Source: a bacterium
Lineage (GTDB): Bacteria; Hinthialibacterota; Hinthialibacteria; Hinthialibacterales; Hinthialibacteraceae
DNA: 64,000 nt
NCBI GenBank assembly: GCA_963662285.2
Contig: CAXXMV010000008.1
Location: forward strand, 896,001 to 960,000
Direction: 5' to 3'
Part shown: positions 38,034-47,448 of the stretch, piece by piece
How the letters are laid out: each line of letters starts with the position of its first letter
Position numbering within the stretch: position 1 is the stretch's first letter
Made by a program: the position numbers and the translations under genes
Notes under the pieces: model-generated
Database searches by the model: none
The model's input: only the letters and a program-made list of their open reading frames with translations
What the model was told of the DNA's origin: nothing

Positions 38034-38158
38034 CGCCTGATCTCCACTTAAAAGAGTATTTTTTTTGTTTACCTTGCAACAGTATACCTATTTTCTATAT
38101 ACTAATCAATTACTATTTTAGATATTACAGACCTCACATGAAATAAAGCTATTAAAAA

Positions 38159-38186
38159 TTGACAAGATGATATCATGCAATATAAC
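38159..38186 (+). promoter_or_regulatory. Sigma-70-like promoter
   Basis: TTGACA-16-TATAAC, with palindrome ATGATATCAT in the spacer. Confidence 0.45.
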
Positions 38187-38410
38187 CTATGGTTTGGAAG
38201 TTCCATATAAGGGACTTTGAAGAATTTTGACTTGGATGTAATGTAAAGATCGAAATGACCTTGCCCTCTCATGGTGGGAGAGGGGATTTGGTTATCAAGG
38301 GTGGATTTTTGATGGGTCGGTGAAGCTGATCCATCCTACGCTTTGGGGAATTAAAATATCAGGGTGATTAAAGTACCAGACCTTATACCTTTGGACTAAC
38401 TAGTAAGGAA

Positions 38411-39046
38411 ATGATTATGAACAATGAATCGAAACTCCTTTCCAGACGCACAGTGATACAGATGGGCGCCGGATTGCCGCTGTCGGCCATGCTGTTATCA
38501 TGCGGCGGCAACAGCACTCAACGCACTGGAAAAGCAGCCCCGAAATCAAAGATTAATCAAGAATCATATTGGGCCAGACGTCAGGAATGGAAGGGCGAGG
38601 AATGGGTATATGGCATCGTACAGATCAGCGACCGCACTTTGATGGTTAACCGCAACGACGGGATGGGATGGTCATTCCCCGGAGGTAGGCTAGATGCTAT
38701 TCAACATGGCGAAAAACACGAAAAGAACGATGATATTATCAATGCTGCAACTGTATTCGTTCATGACCAGACCTTAATCCCCGTTTTGGCTAAAGAAGCA
38801 ATCATCATTGCTTATGGTTATGTCATTGACGAACGTGGAGGAGAGAATAAATTAGTCCACTGGGTCAACGTCTTTTGCTTAGGCGACGACCTTCCCAGAC
38901 CACAGGCTGGTTTAAATATAGTTAAGGAAGCGCAATGGGCGGCAGGCGATGATCCGTATCTGGGCGCCTGCTTAACCCAACGCCTTAAAGAAGTAGAACA
39001 AGCCGGCGAAGGCAAAACCCTGATCATTCGCTCTTGCGGGATATAA
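38411..39046 (+). CDS. Tat lipoprotein with degenerate Nudix-like fold
   Basis: SRRTVI...LLSC lipobox; LMVNR..GWSFPGGRLD. Confidence 0.55.
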   Translation: MIMNNESKLLSRRTVIQMGAGLPLSAMLLSCGGNSTQRTGKAAPKSKINQESYWARRQEWKGEEWVYGIVQISDRTLMVNRNDGMGWSFPGGRLDAIQHGEKHEKNDDIINAATVFVHDQTLIPVLAKEAIIIAYGYVIDERGGENKLVHWVNVFCLGDDLPRPQAGLNIVKEAQWAAGDDPYLGACLTQRLKEVEQAGEGKTLIIRSCGI

Positions 39047-39089
39047 GACGGATTTACGGCGGTTTTACCAATGTTATTTATCCCGTTAT

Positions 39090-39392
39090 TTATCCCAATT
39101 CGCCTACCCGTTCGAAGTCGAATCCACGGAGGGAACGTTCAACGACTGAATTGCAGCCTATGGCGGAAATGTTTTTTTTACCGATCCGGGAACGTTCCAA
39201 GGCCGATATGAACAAGGGGATGCTATCCAGCGATATGGCTACAACATCGCTGCAATCCAAGACTAACTTTTTAGGACGCTTACGGGCGATTTTTTCGATT
39301 TCATCAGCTAACCGCATTCCATCAGCCTTCCTTAACATGCCGGTTATGACTAATGTGATTTGATTCTCTTCATCCAATATTTCTATTTTCAT
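39090..39392 (-). CDS. STAS domain (anti-anti-sigma-like) protein
   Basis: 100 aa; LVITGML, LVLDCSDVVAISLDSI and VERSL..GF pattern. Confidence 0.65.
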   Translation of the reverse strand: MKIEILDEENQITLVITGMLRKADGMRLADEIEKIARKRPKKLVLDCSDVVAISLDSIPLFISALERSRIGKKNISAIGCNSVVERSLRGFDFERVGELG

Positions 39393-39507
39393 TTTATATT
39401 CCCTATTAGAGAGATTTGCAGAATTACGGGTTTGCAGAATAATTTATTCCACAAACCCGTTCATTATAATCAATATTACTTAATCAACCTACTATTATAT
39501 TTCCAAC

Positions 39508-41058
39508 CTACTGGTTGTTCAGCGTAACGCATGGCCAATCGTCAGTGCGGAAGGGTGAAGCGGGCAGTCCTTCTTTGTTAAACAGATTGCAGACGGGGCT
39601 ATCATACCAGCCATAACGCACTGCAACCGGTTCACTGATATCATTATTCCAGACGACGATTTTGCCGCCTTCAATGCTCGCTTCAGCCGCAACGAATTTT
39701 TGATCTTCCGCAGCGATTTCAAAACCTTTCAACGGCTCATTATCCTTAGACATCAATCCACCGCCAATGCAATCAAAGGATAGAGTGATCTTGCCATTTT
39801 TGGCTTTCATGGATTTATACATCGGGCCGGAATAAACCAGTTTCTTCTCGCCATAAGTAACTTTGCGGGCCGCCAAGGCCAGACGGTATCCAACATCCTG
39901 CTTATTACGCGGGTGAATATCTTTGGGGTTGCCGATATCAATTGTCACCGCCATGCCAGTGTTGGGCAGCGACAAGGCCATGTTCTGGGCTTCGCGCAAT
40001 TCCGGCCATGTATGACCTGCGCCGGTAGATGAACCAAAATTGGCTAACTGTACAAAGAGAAAGGTGAAATCGCCCTGTCCCCATTTCTCCCGCCAATCCT
40101 GGATCATGGCGGGGAACAATTTGCGGTATTGATAAGCCCGCCCGGCGTTCGATTCGCCCTGATACCAGATAGCGCCCTGGATGGCGTAAGGAACCAACGG
40201 CGCGATCATTGCGTTATATAGCGCAGTCGAGCGGTGGTTGCTGTTACGAGCATCGCCCCAACGCGGCAGAGCTGGCGGGCCGCCTATCAAGCGTTCGCCA
40301 GCTGCTTCCAATTCGTTATTCTTTTCGCGCCAGTCATTAAAGGTCTTTGCGTAATCCGCCCATTTCTGATCGGCTTCTTTGGCGTTTTTATCAGACCGGT
40401 CCAGCATAACTTTCAATGCCGGATCGCTTTCAAGGGTTTCCCGGCTGGTCCATGCTTCAGCGGCGGAACCGCCCCAGGATGTATGAATTATCCCTATGGG
40501 AACATTTAAACTTTTGTGCAAGTCGCGTCCGAAGAAATATGCTACAGCCGAAAAACCGGGAATGGTCTCAGGGGTGCAGACGCTCCACTTGCCATCAACA
40601 TTCTTCTGAGGCAGACGGGCGGCTTTCAGTGGAACGGAAAACAAGCGGATATTCGGGTAATCAGCGTCTTTTATCTCTTGTTCCGCATTGTTACTACCAC
40701 CAAGGCCAAATTGCATATTGGATTGTCCGCTGCATACCCAGACTTCGCCGACCATCACATTTTTGATGGTGATGGTATTACGGCCCAATATCTTCATCTC
40801 ATAAGGGCCGCCCACTTTCAATTTACCCAGACGCACCATCCAGCAGCCGTCTTTAGCTGTGGTATGAGCGGTCTTGCCATTGATAGTTACCGCGACCTTC
40901 TCGCCATCATCCGCCCATCCCCATACGGGAATCTTCTTGCCCTGCTGCAACACCATGTGATCGGTGAATAATGGATGCGGTTCGACATCCGCCATTACAG
41001 TAGCAGCCAAACATACTACCAATGCTACTCCACAAAATACTGTAAACTTATTGTTCAT
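39508..41058 (-). CDS. Sialate O-acetylesterase (SGNH) family protein
   Basis: GEVWVCSGQSNM, IWYQGESN, DIHPRNK and LPASPFRTD motifs. Confidence 0.92.
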   Translation of the reverse strand: MNNKFTVFCGVALVVCLAATVMADVEPHPLFTDHMVLQQGKKIPVWGWADDGEKVAVTINGKTAHTTAKDGCWMVRLGKLKVGGPYEMKILGRNTITIKNVMVGEVWVCSGQSNMQFGLGGSNNAEQEIKDADYPNIRLFSVPLKAARLPQKNVDGKWSVCTPETIPGFSAVAYFFGRDLHKSLNVPIGIIHTSWGGSAAEAWTSRETLESDPALKVMLDRSDKNAKEADQKWADYAKTFNDWREKNNELEAAGERLIGGPPALPRWGDARNSNHRSTALYNAMIAPLVPYAIQGAIWYQGESNAGRAYQYRKLFPAMIQDWREKWGQGDFTFLFVQLANFGSSTGAGHTWPELREAQNMALSLPNTGMAVTIDIGNPKDIHPRNKQDVGYRLALAARKVTYGEKKLVYSGPMYKSMKAKNGKITLSFDCIGGGLMSKDNEPLKGFEIAAEDQKFVAAEASIEGGKIVVWNNDISEPVAVRYGWYDSPVCNLFNKEGLPASPFRTDDWPCVTLNNQ

Positions 41059-41266
41059 TGTGTTTGTTCCTCCCTTTTGGTTTTGATAAAAGTACTTTAT
41101 TAAACTACAAATAATGTGAGATTACGAAGGATTTCTCACATTACAGTTATATCATAAACAGAGGTGATTGTTTAAGGTGAGTTACTGAAAACTATGCTAA
41201 ATACACGACATTGAAAATATGTAATAGATCAGTCAATAGGTATAGAATAACACTCACCTTATATTA

Positions 41267-41315
41267 GGTGGCTTGATCAAGGGCTGACCGCTAAGCGGTC
41301 TTGCCCTTGGCACCC
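41267..41315 (+). repeat. Family-A hairpin
   Basis: ATCAAGGGCTGACCGCTAAGCGGTCTTGCCCTTGGCACCC. Confidence 0.85.
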
Positions 41316-41355
41316 ATGCAATCTCTATTGGTGTTAGTAACGAATTAGCAACATT

Positions 41356-41658
41356 TTAGTCTTGTTGGGGATTTTGTTTTTTCTTCTCTTCAAGGACGCG
41401 ATTAAGAATGTCGAACATGGTTTCAACTCTGCCTTTAGGAGGTTGAAAGGCTTTCTCGATCTGTTCTTCAGAGAAGTTTTCTTTCAAAAATTCCTCGACA
41501 TTCAGTTTGGCGCTCCAGCAATCATACATTTTACGGCAGGGCAAATTTTCATTCATCCGGCGACAATAAGAAAACGATATTACATCTCCCAATTGGGGAC
41601 AACGAAAATGCTCATATTCATCATATTTGGTAAGGGTGGATTTTTCATTTTCCGTCAT
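41356..41658 (-). CDS. Small 4-Cys hypothetical protein
   Basis: RCPQLGDVISFSYCRRMNENLPCRKMYDCW; start at 41658 because the upstream part of the ORF overlaps repeats. Confidence 0.7.
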   Translation of the reverse strand: MTENEKSTLTKYDEYEHFRCPQLGDVISFSYCRRMNENLPCRKMYDCWSAKLNVEEFLKENFSEEQIEKAFQPPKGRVETMFDILNRVLEEKKKQNPQQD

Positions 41659-41709
41659 AGCGCCGCATCCATTTCTATAATCGTTATCGACCGGGGCAAT
41701 ATCATTCAT

Positions 41710-41978
41710 CCCCCTCACCCTAACTCTCTCCCAGTGGGAGAGGGGACAATACAGCTTAAGTTAAGGTATTTCATCCTATCTTTGGTGGCTTGATCAAGGG
41801 CTGAGCGCAATGCGCTCTTGCCCTTGGCACCCATCTTAATGTCATTGCCCATCTTAATGTCATTGCCCATCTTAATGTCATTGCCCATCTTAATGATATT
41901 GCCCTCAAACTCTCCCCAAACTTGGGGGGAGAATTTTAGGCTTAATACATTCAACTTAATACTTTCAACTTAATACTA
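41710..41978. repeat. Repeat mosaic: family-B, family-A element, 4x18-bp tandem, family-C, 2x14-bp tandem
   Basis: CCCATCTTAATG[T/A][C/T]ATTG four times at 41830-41901; TCAACTTAATACT twice. Confidence 0.85.
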
Positions 41979-43406
41979 TCAACTAACTTTTTTAACATTT
42001 TCCCGCATACGCTGCTTGTATCCTTCAACGCCGGTCTGATTATAAGTTTCACTGTCGCCATCTTTACTTCTACCGGAGAGTGGATCGATATGTAACGACT
42101 GAAGCCTTCCTTTTAAGGCTACCATATCCATCAAAATACGCATCAAGGCAAAGACGGAGGCTGGATCACGCTCCGGGAAATATAGCGTAACATTTGGTAC
42201 TGAGCGGAAGGTGAAATCCAAAGCCGTGCCGCTTAGCGAGGCGCCCTGCAATTCTTCAAGAGTTTTTCCTTCAAAAATCTTGAGGCTGCCTTCCAGAGGA
42301 GCATCAGCCGGAACCGCCAATTGATCATTAATTTTTTTAGGAGAGAGGAAAACGATCACTTTGTCGCGCGGCCCGTTGACGATTCCATTCAATAATGAAT
42401 GGTTTCCAGTGGGTCCAGTGGTCGCCAGGATGTTCATCCCTTCGCCGCGCTCTTGCACCGATTCGGCGTAGAGTTGAACGAACCAGTCGCCTAATTTATC
42501 ATTATCAAAGTAGGGATAAAAAACCAATGAAGTTTTGTTGCAGTAATCTTCGGCCACATGTAGAAGACGGGCCAGTTGATAAGACGGATTGGTTTTGACG
42601 TCTTGAGTTAAAAACGCATCATGAGCCGCCGCATAACCTTCATAGGCTCTTTTTAGTTGCGCGAGCGGGGTATCCGGCGAAGTTACGGCCAGCAGCAATA
42701 CGCCAACGGGAGATGCGAAGGAAAAACGGCCTCCCACGCCATCAGGTACGGGAAGCATACCCAGGAACTTGCCTTTACCGTTTTTTTGCATATTGAAAAG
42801 CAGGCTGTTTTCATTGAGGCCGGTAGTGGCCACAGTACGGCTCATCCAATCATCGCCCAAGGCTTCAGCCAGCAGCATGCCGGATAAAGCAGTCTCAGCG
42901 GTGGTGCCGCTCTTGCTGACAATATTGATGTAGGTCTTATCAAGCAGGTTACGGGATTTCAACATTTCCAGCAATGCGCTTAACTTAACCGGATCAAAAG
43001 TATCGCCAGTAAAGTAAATCTCAGGAATATTGGTAATCTGTCCACTCATCACCATTTCATTATGATAGGGATGATTCAACAGGTTATGGAGCGTTCGTCC
43101 GCCTAGGTCCGAACCGCCGATGCCAACTGTGATGAAGACTTTAGCTTTGTCCCGAATCACTTGCGCCAGTTCCGCGATGCTTTCCAGTGAGACGTAATCA
43201 GGATGATCAACCGGAACCTTATGGCTCCAGGTCCAAGCCCTTAAGTGGTTGACTAAATTAAGGTATCCCTTATCGCTTTCGGCTTGGAAATCCTTTTGAA
43301 ATGCTTCAAGGTTAGAGTCGAGTTGAGCAATCCAATCGGGTGGGGTTACTTGCTCAAGCGCCTTGGCGCCAGATGAATCCAGGGTAAAACCATCAAAAAA
43401 ACTCAT
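41979..43406 (-). CDS. pgi: Glucose-6-phosphate isomerase (divergent)
   Basis: VGIGGSDLG, VSKSGTTAET, VGGRFS, QLYAES and NQTGVEGYK motifs. Confidence 0.85.
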   Translation of the reverse strand: MSFFDGFTLDSSGAKALEQVTPPDWIAQLDSNLEAFQKDFQAESDKGYLNLVNHLRAWTWSHKVPVDHPDYVSLESIAELAQVIRDKAKVFITVGIGGSDLGGRTLHNLLNHPYHNEMVMSGQITNIPEIYFTGDTFDPVKLSALLEMLKSRNLLDKTYINIVSKSGTTAETALSGMLLAEALGDDWMSRTVATTGLNENSLLFNMQKNGKGKFLGMLPVPDGVGGRFSFASPVGVLLLAVTSPDTPLAQLKRAYEGYAAAHDAFLTQDVKTNPSYQLARLLHVAEDYCNKTSLVFYPYFDNDKLGDWFVQLYAESVQERGEGMNILATTGPTGNHSLLNGIVNGPRDKVIVFLSPKKINDQLAVPADAPLEGSLKIFEGKTLEELQGASLSGTALDFTFRSVPNVTLYFPERDPASVFALMRILMDMVALKGRLQSLHIDPLSGRSKDGDSETYNQTGVEGYKQRMRENVKKVS

Positions 43407-43716
43407 GATACGGGTAATCCTTTCTATCTATACAAAATATTATGTTTTTTTTAATGGCGATTAACAATAGTTTATAATAATAGAGTGACCAATCCATTTT
43501 GCCGGTAGTTATTTAATATTCCCCTCACTCTAGGCCTCTCCCAGAGGGGGAGGGGATATTGTTACCCGACATTATTTGGTGGACAAAGAATGTTATATTG
43601 CGAATCGCTCTAAGACATAGCGCTTAATTGTATTCCTAGCACTAAAAATCACCTAGCCCTTCTATTGCAACAGAGACAAGGGCATTTTATATTGGAGAAA
43701 TGGTAGATCACTTTCA

Positions 43717-44436
43717 CTAAAATCGTTTTAAGATAAATTCCGGTATAGATTTAATCAACCAGGCGATCAGCCGCCAGCGGCGCGTTATATAAGCGTGATC
43801 CCGCTTTTTCTCTATGGCCTGATAGATCTGGAGCGCCGCTTTTTCTGATGAAGCAACCCAGAACATCCCTTCCTGTCCTTCAACCAGCGGCGTATCAACG
43901 AAACCGGGCTTAATATCGGTTATGGTAACCGGGATTTTTCTATGTATAATATTATTGCGTATGCCTTGCAGAAAATTCGAGACGTAGGCTTTGGACGCAC
44001 TATAGACTGATGAATGCCGATGACCGAATAGCGCGGCGATAGAAGAGATGCCGACCAGATGTCCGGCGCCCTGCTTGATAAAGTATTGCGTGGCCTCATC
44101 GCATATCGCCGTAAAACCCAAGACATTAACCACAATCACTTTGCGGTCTATTTCCCAGTCTGCATCAGGATTGGGGATGCCGATTCCTGCGTTTATTACC
44201 ACCAGATCAACTCCACCCAGCATTTCGATCAGTTGATGGAAGCGTTTTATCGCAAAACTAATTTGAGAAACATCCATTACTTTATACTGTATCTTATCGG
44301 GGAATTGCTGTTGTAAATCTATCAAACGATCTTCGCGGCGACCAGTTATTCCAACTATGTAATCATGTTGCACTAATTCTTTTGCCAACGCTTCACCGAT
44401 GCCCGATGTAGCGCCGATAATAATCGCTTTTTTCAT
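43717..44436 (-). CDS. SDR family oxidoreductase
   Basis: IIGATSGIG, INAG and YSASK motifs; likely start ATG 44436. Confidence 0.9.
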   Translation of the reverse strand: MKKAIIIGATSGIGEALAKELVQHDYIVGITGRREDRLIDLQQQFPDKIQYKVMDVSQISFAIKRFHQLIEMLGGVDLVVINAGIGIPNPDADWEIDRKVIVVNVLGFTAICDEATQYFIKQGAGHLVGISSIAALFGHRHSSVYSASKAYVSNFLQGIRNNIIHRKIPVTITDIKPGFVDTPLVEGQEGMFWVASSEKAALQIYQAIEKKRDHAYITRRWRLIAWLIKSIPEFILKRF

Positions 44437-44458
44437 TAAATTATTCCTTATAAATATC

Positions 44459-45079
44459 CTAGATCCACTCGCGACCAAGAGTTTCAGGTCCCCCTTTGCG
44501 TTCACGATACCAACGCGGTAAATATGCGCCTCCAGCCCGCAAAATATCACCACTGCTGCGCAGGCCGTTGGTGGCATCATAAAACTGAAAATTTGGAGGA
44601 TGAGATGGATAATCCGGAGTCGGCTTAAATGTATCGATGCCATCCGGCCCAACGCATTCTATATTGAACATATCGAATTTCATATTTCCGCCGCTAAAAT
44701 TTCTTCTCGCATCACCTCTTCGATTGGTTACCATAAACTCATAATAAGTATCATAGTCGTTGCCCCGGTTATTTACATATTTAGTTTCAAACGGATCCAT
44801 CAGAAATGCATGAAGATACGGTATTGGAGTAGTCAGATACCGGTATCCCTCATAATAATTGGCGCTGGTTGCGGTTGTGGGAGGATACGTTCCACAATCA
44901 GCAAAGTAACTCTCGAAAGCATTGGCAAGAGTACGTTGCTCGCTATGCGCTTTAGCCACCTTGGCGCGAATCCGGGCATTAAGAAAATTGGGAAGCGCAA
45001 TGGCCGCCAAAATCCCGATAATCGCGACAACAATCAGCAGTTCGATGAGAGTAAACGCGAATAAATTGTTATGTCTCAT
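44459..45079 (-). CDS. Prepilin-type N-terminal cleavage/methylation domain protein
   Basis: AFTLIELLIVVAIIGILAAIALPNF; YDATNGLRSSGDI tail. Confidence 0.88.
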   Translation of the reverse strand: MRHNNLFAFTLIELLIVVAIIGILAAIALPNFLNARIRAKVAKAHSEQRTLANAFESYFADCGTYPPTTATSANYYEGYRYLTTPIPYLHAFLMDPFETKYVNNRGNDYDTYYEFMVTNRRGDARRNFSGGNMKFDMFNIECVGPDGIDTFKPTPDYPSHPPNFQFYDATNGLRSSGDILRAGGAYLPRWYRERKGGPETLGREWI

Positions 45080-45340
45080 TTTCACGTCCTTCACCGGAAT
45101 AGATTATATAAAAACATTAGCGTGCGCTATCCCCCCATATTGAACTTTAAAATTAATCCAGTCCCGCTATCATTGCTCTTACTATTTCTCAGGCAAGGAT
45201 GAGAATCATGTTAATCCATCCAGCAAATAGCACTATGTCACTCACAGGCATAAGCATTTCGATGTATCCTACCACAAAATAACGTTGTTATGTCAGCGAC
45301 ATAGTTTTTTTTTACATTTCAAGACATAGGAAGAGATTTA

Positions 45341-46696
45341 ATGAGTCATACATTTCAATACCCACGCATCACTATTTCAGGGGCGCGCGGCATAGTCGGC
45401 CAGGACCTGACGGTCGATAATGTGCAGCGCATGGCATGGGCTTACGCCCGTTTCATCGGCGGCGGCGCCATCGTTCTAGCCCGTGATTCCCGGCCCAGCG
45501 GGCCAATGGTGCGCAGCGCCGTCGAGTCTGGACTGCTGGCTGGTGGATGCAGCGTCATCGATATCGGACTGGCCCCGACACCTTCGGTTGGCATCATGAT
45601 CCGCAAACTGAACGCCAAGGGAGGGGTTAACATCACCGCCAGCCATAATCCATCCCCCTGGAACGCTCTTAAACTGTTTGGCTCAGACGGTACATTTCCC
45701 TCAGACCAATTCGTGCAGGACTATATCAAATTTCTTAATCAGGAGACGCTGCAACACGCCGTATGGGATGAGATCGGCGAAGCCCGGCAAGACCACACGG
45801 CTCTTGAGGTTCACTCTCAATTAGTCGAAGACGCTATTGATTGCTCCAGAATCCGTGAGAAAAAATACCGCGTGGTGGTTGATGGATGCCGTTCCGTAGG
45901 TGGAGTTTTTCTGCCGCCATTCCTTGAACGATTGGGATGCGACGTTATCCAGCTGGATTGTCAACCCGACGGCGATTTTCAACGCATCCTCGAACCAACC
46001 CCGGAAAACCTGGGCGCCCTGTGCGAACTGGTGAAGAAAGAGAAGGCTGATATTGGCATCGCCGCCGATCCCGACGCCGACCGGCTGGCTATCGTCTCCG
46101 AAGAGGGCAAGGCCATCGGTGAAGAATTCACCCTGGCATTTGCGACCTACGCCGCTCTGCATCAAGCGGGAGGCGGCATATCGGTCGCCAATCTATCAAC
46201 ATCAATGTTGACTGATTACGCCGCCAAGATTTGCGGCGGCAGCGTAATCCGCACTGCTATCGGCGAAGCCAATGTAGCCGACGGCATCCGCGCTAACAAT
46301 GCGGTTATCGGCGGAGAAGGCAATGGCGGAGTGATGTATCCCGCAGTGCACAACGGACGCGACTCTCTAACCGCAGCTGCTTTGACGCTCAAACTTATGG
46401 CTGATTCAGGCAAGACGGTCAGCGCCCTGGCTGCTGAGTTCCCCGACTATGTCATATTGAAAGACAAGGTCACTATCGACCTTGCTAAAGCCGGCGCCCG
46501 GTTGGATGAGATTGCTGCCAATCCCCCTGATGGCGAAGTGGATACCCAGGACGGCGTAAAGATTATCCGCGAAGATGCATGGCTCCACCTGCGTTGCTCT
46601 AACACTGAACCCATCGTGCGCATTATCGCTGAAGCCTGCGGTGAAGAGCAAACCCGTGAACTGATAGAAGAAGGCAAGCGGTTGCTGAATATTTGA
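45341..46696 (+). CDS. glmM: Phosphoglucosamine mutase / phosphomannomutase
   Basis: ITASHNP, DPDADR, GGEGNGG and RCSNTEP motifs; exact substrate uncertain. Confidence 0.8.
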   Translation: MSHTFQYPRITISGARGIVGQDLTVDNVQRMAWAYARFIGGGAIVLARDSRPSGPMVRSAVESGLLAGGCSVIDIGLAPTPSVGIMIRKLNAKGGVNITASHNPSPWNALKLFGSDGTFPSDQFVQDYIKFLNQETLQHAVWDEIGEARQDHTALEVHSQLVEDAIDCSRIREKKYRVVVDGCRSVGGVFLPPFLERLGCDVIQLDCQPDGDFQRILEPTPENLGALCELVKKEKADIGIAADPDADRLAIVSEEGKAIGEEFTLAFATYAALHQAGGGISVANLSTSMLTDYAAKICGGSVIRTAIGEANVADGIRANNAVIGGEGNGGVMYPAVHNGRDSLTAAALTLKLMADSGKTVSALAAEFPDYVILKDKVTIDLAKAGARLDEIAANPPDGEVDTQDGVKIIREDAWLHLRCSNTEPIVRIIAEACGEEQTRELIEEGKRLLNI

Positions 46697-46706
46697 AGTG
46701 GACTCA

Positions 46707-46890
46707 ATCAAGGGCTGAGCGCGATGCGCTCTTGCCCTTGGCGCCTACTCTTGGCTATCCTATTTGACACACCGGCTAGAAGCCGATGCTCCCCAGTCTA
46801 TGATACTTCCCGTCTCATTCTCATCTCCCGATTTGTGTCCTGAGAGTAGCGGGAGAGGGGACGACGCTTCTCAACTTAATCACATTTACC
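46707..46890. repeat. Mosaic: family-A, family-E, degenerate family-B hairpins
   Basis: 46707-46745 is family A; 46759-46794 is identical to 51271-51307. Confidence 0.75.
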
Positions 46891-46959
46891 AAACTCAAAA
46901 GAGAACCGCAGCCTTCAAACTCAGGGATGAAGAATCCTTGAATTACCTACATTTCCCCC

Positions 46960-47018
46960 TTGACTCTACGATAAACGTAGTAGATACTAGAACCATAGTA
47001 ACTACTATAAACCCAGTA
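46960..47018 (+). promoter_or_regulatory. Promoter with BlaI-type operator palindromes
   Basis: TTGACT then CTACG-ATAAA-CGTAG (46966-46980); second related site TACTATAAACCCAGTA. Confidence 0.6.
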
Positions 47019-47038
47019 TCACGATATGGATTTTGATA

Positions 47039-47437
47039 ATGAAAGAAAATATTCAACAACCATCCAACCTCGAAATGCAGGTGCTTTCGGTTCTGTGGGA
47101 TAACGGGCCGTCGACCGCCCGGCAGGTGCTTGAAGCCATGCCCGATGGCAAGAAGCGGGCTTATACCACGGTGCTCTCCGTGCTGCAAATGCTGGAGAAG
47201 AAAACGCTGGTTACACATGATGCTCAGGGCAACGCCCATGTCTACAAACCCTGCGTGAGCAAGCGCAAGGTGCTGCGGCCCTATTTGCGGGATATGGTGC
47301 GCAATGTATTCGGGGGCAGCCCTTCGGAAGCCATGCAGTTTTTGCTGCAAGAGACCACCGTAAGCGATGATGAGTATAACGAAATCCGCAAAACAGTTGA
47401 CGAGTTCAATCAGCAGTCAGGCAAAAAACCTAAGTGA
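47039..47437 (+). CDS. BlaI/MecI/CopY family repressor
   Basis: EMQVLSVLWD and AYTTVLSVLQMLEKK motifs. Confidence 0.92.
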   Translation: MKENIQQPSNLEMQVLSVLWDNGPSTARQVLEAMPDGKKRAYTTVLSVLQMLEKKTLVTHDAQGNAHVYKPCVSKRKVLRPYLRDMVRNVFGGSPSEAMQFLLQETTVSDDEYNEIRKTVDEFNQQSGKKPK

Positions 47438-47448
47438 GGCGATGAACT

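Noticed and set aside
41715-41954. 79-aa ORF with KMGNDI repeats
   Set aside because: It lies wholly in the repeat mosaic; the 18-bp tandem keeps the frame open by chance.
44437-44652. N-terminal extension of the SDR ORF
   Set aside because: It overlaps the prepilin gene; the Rossmann motif begins at ATG 44436.
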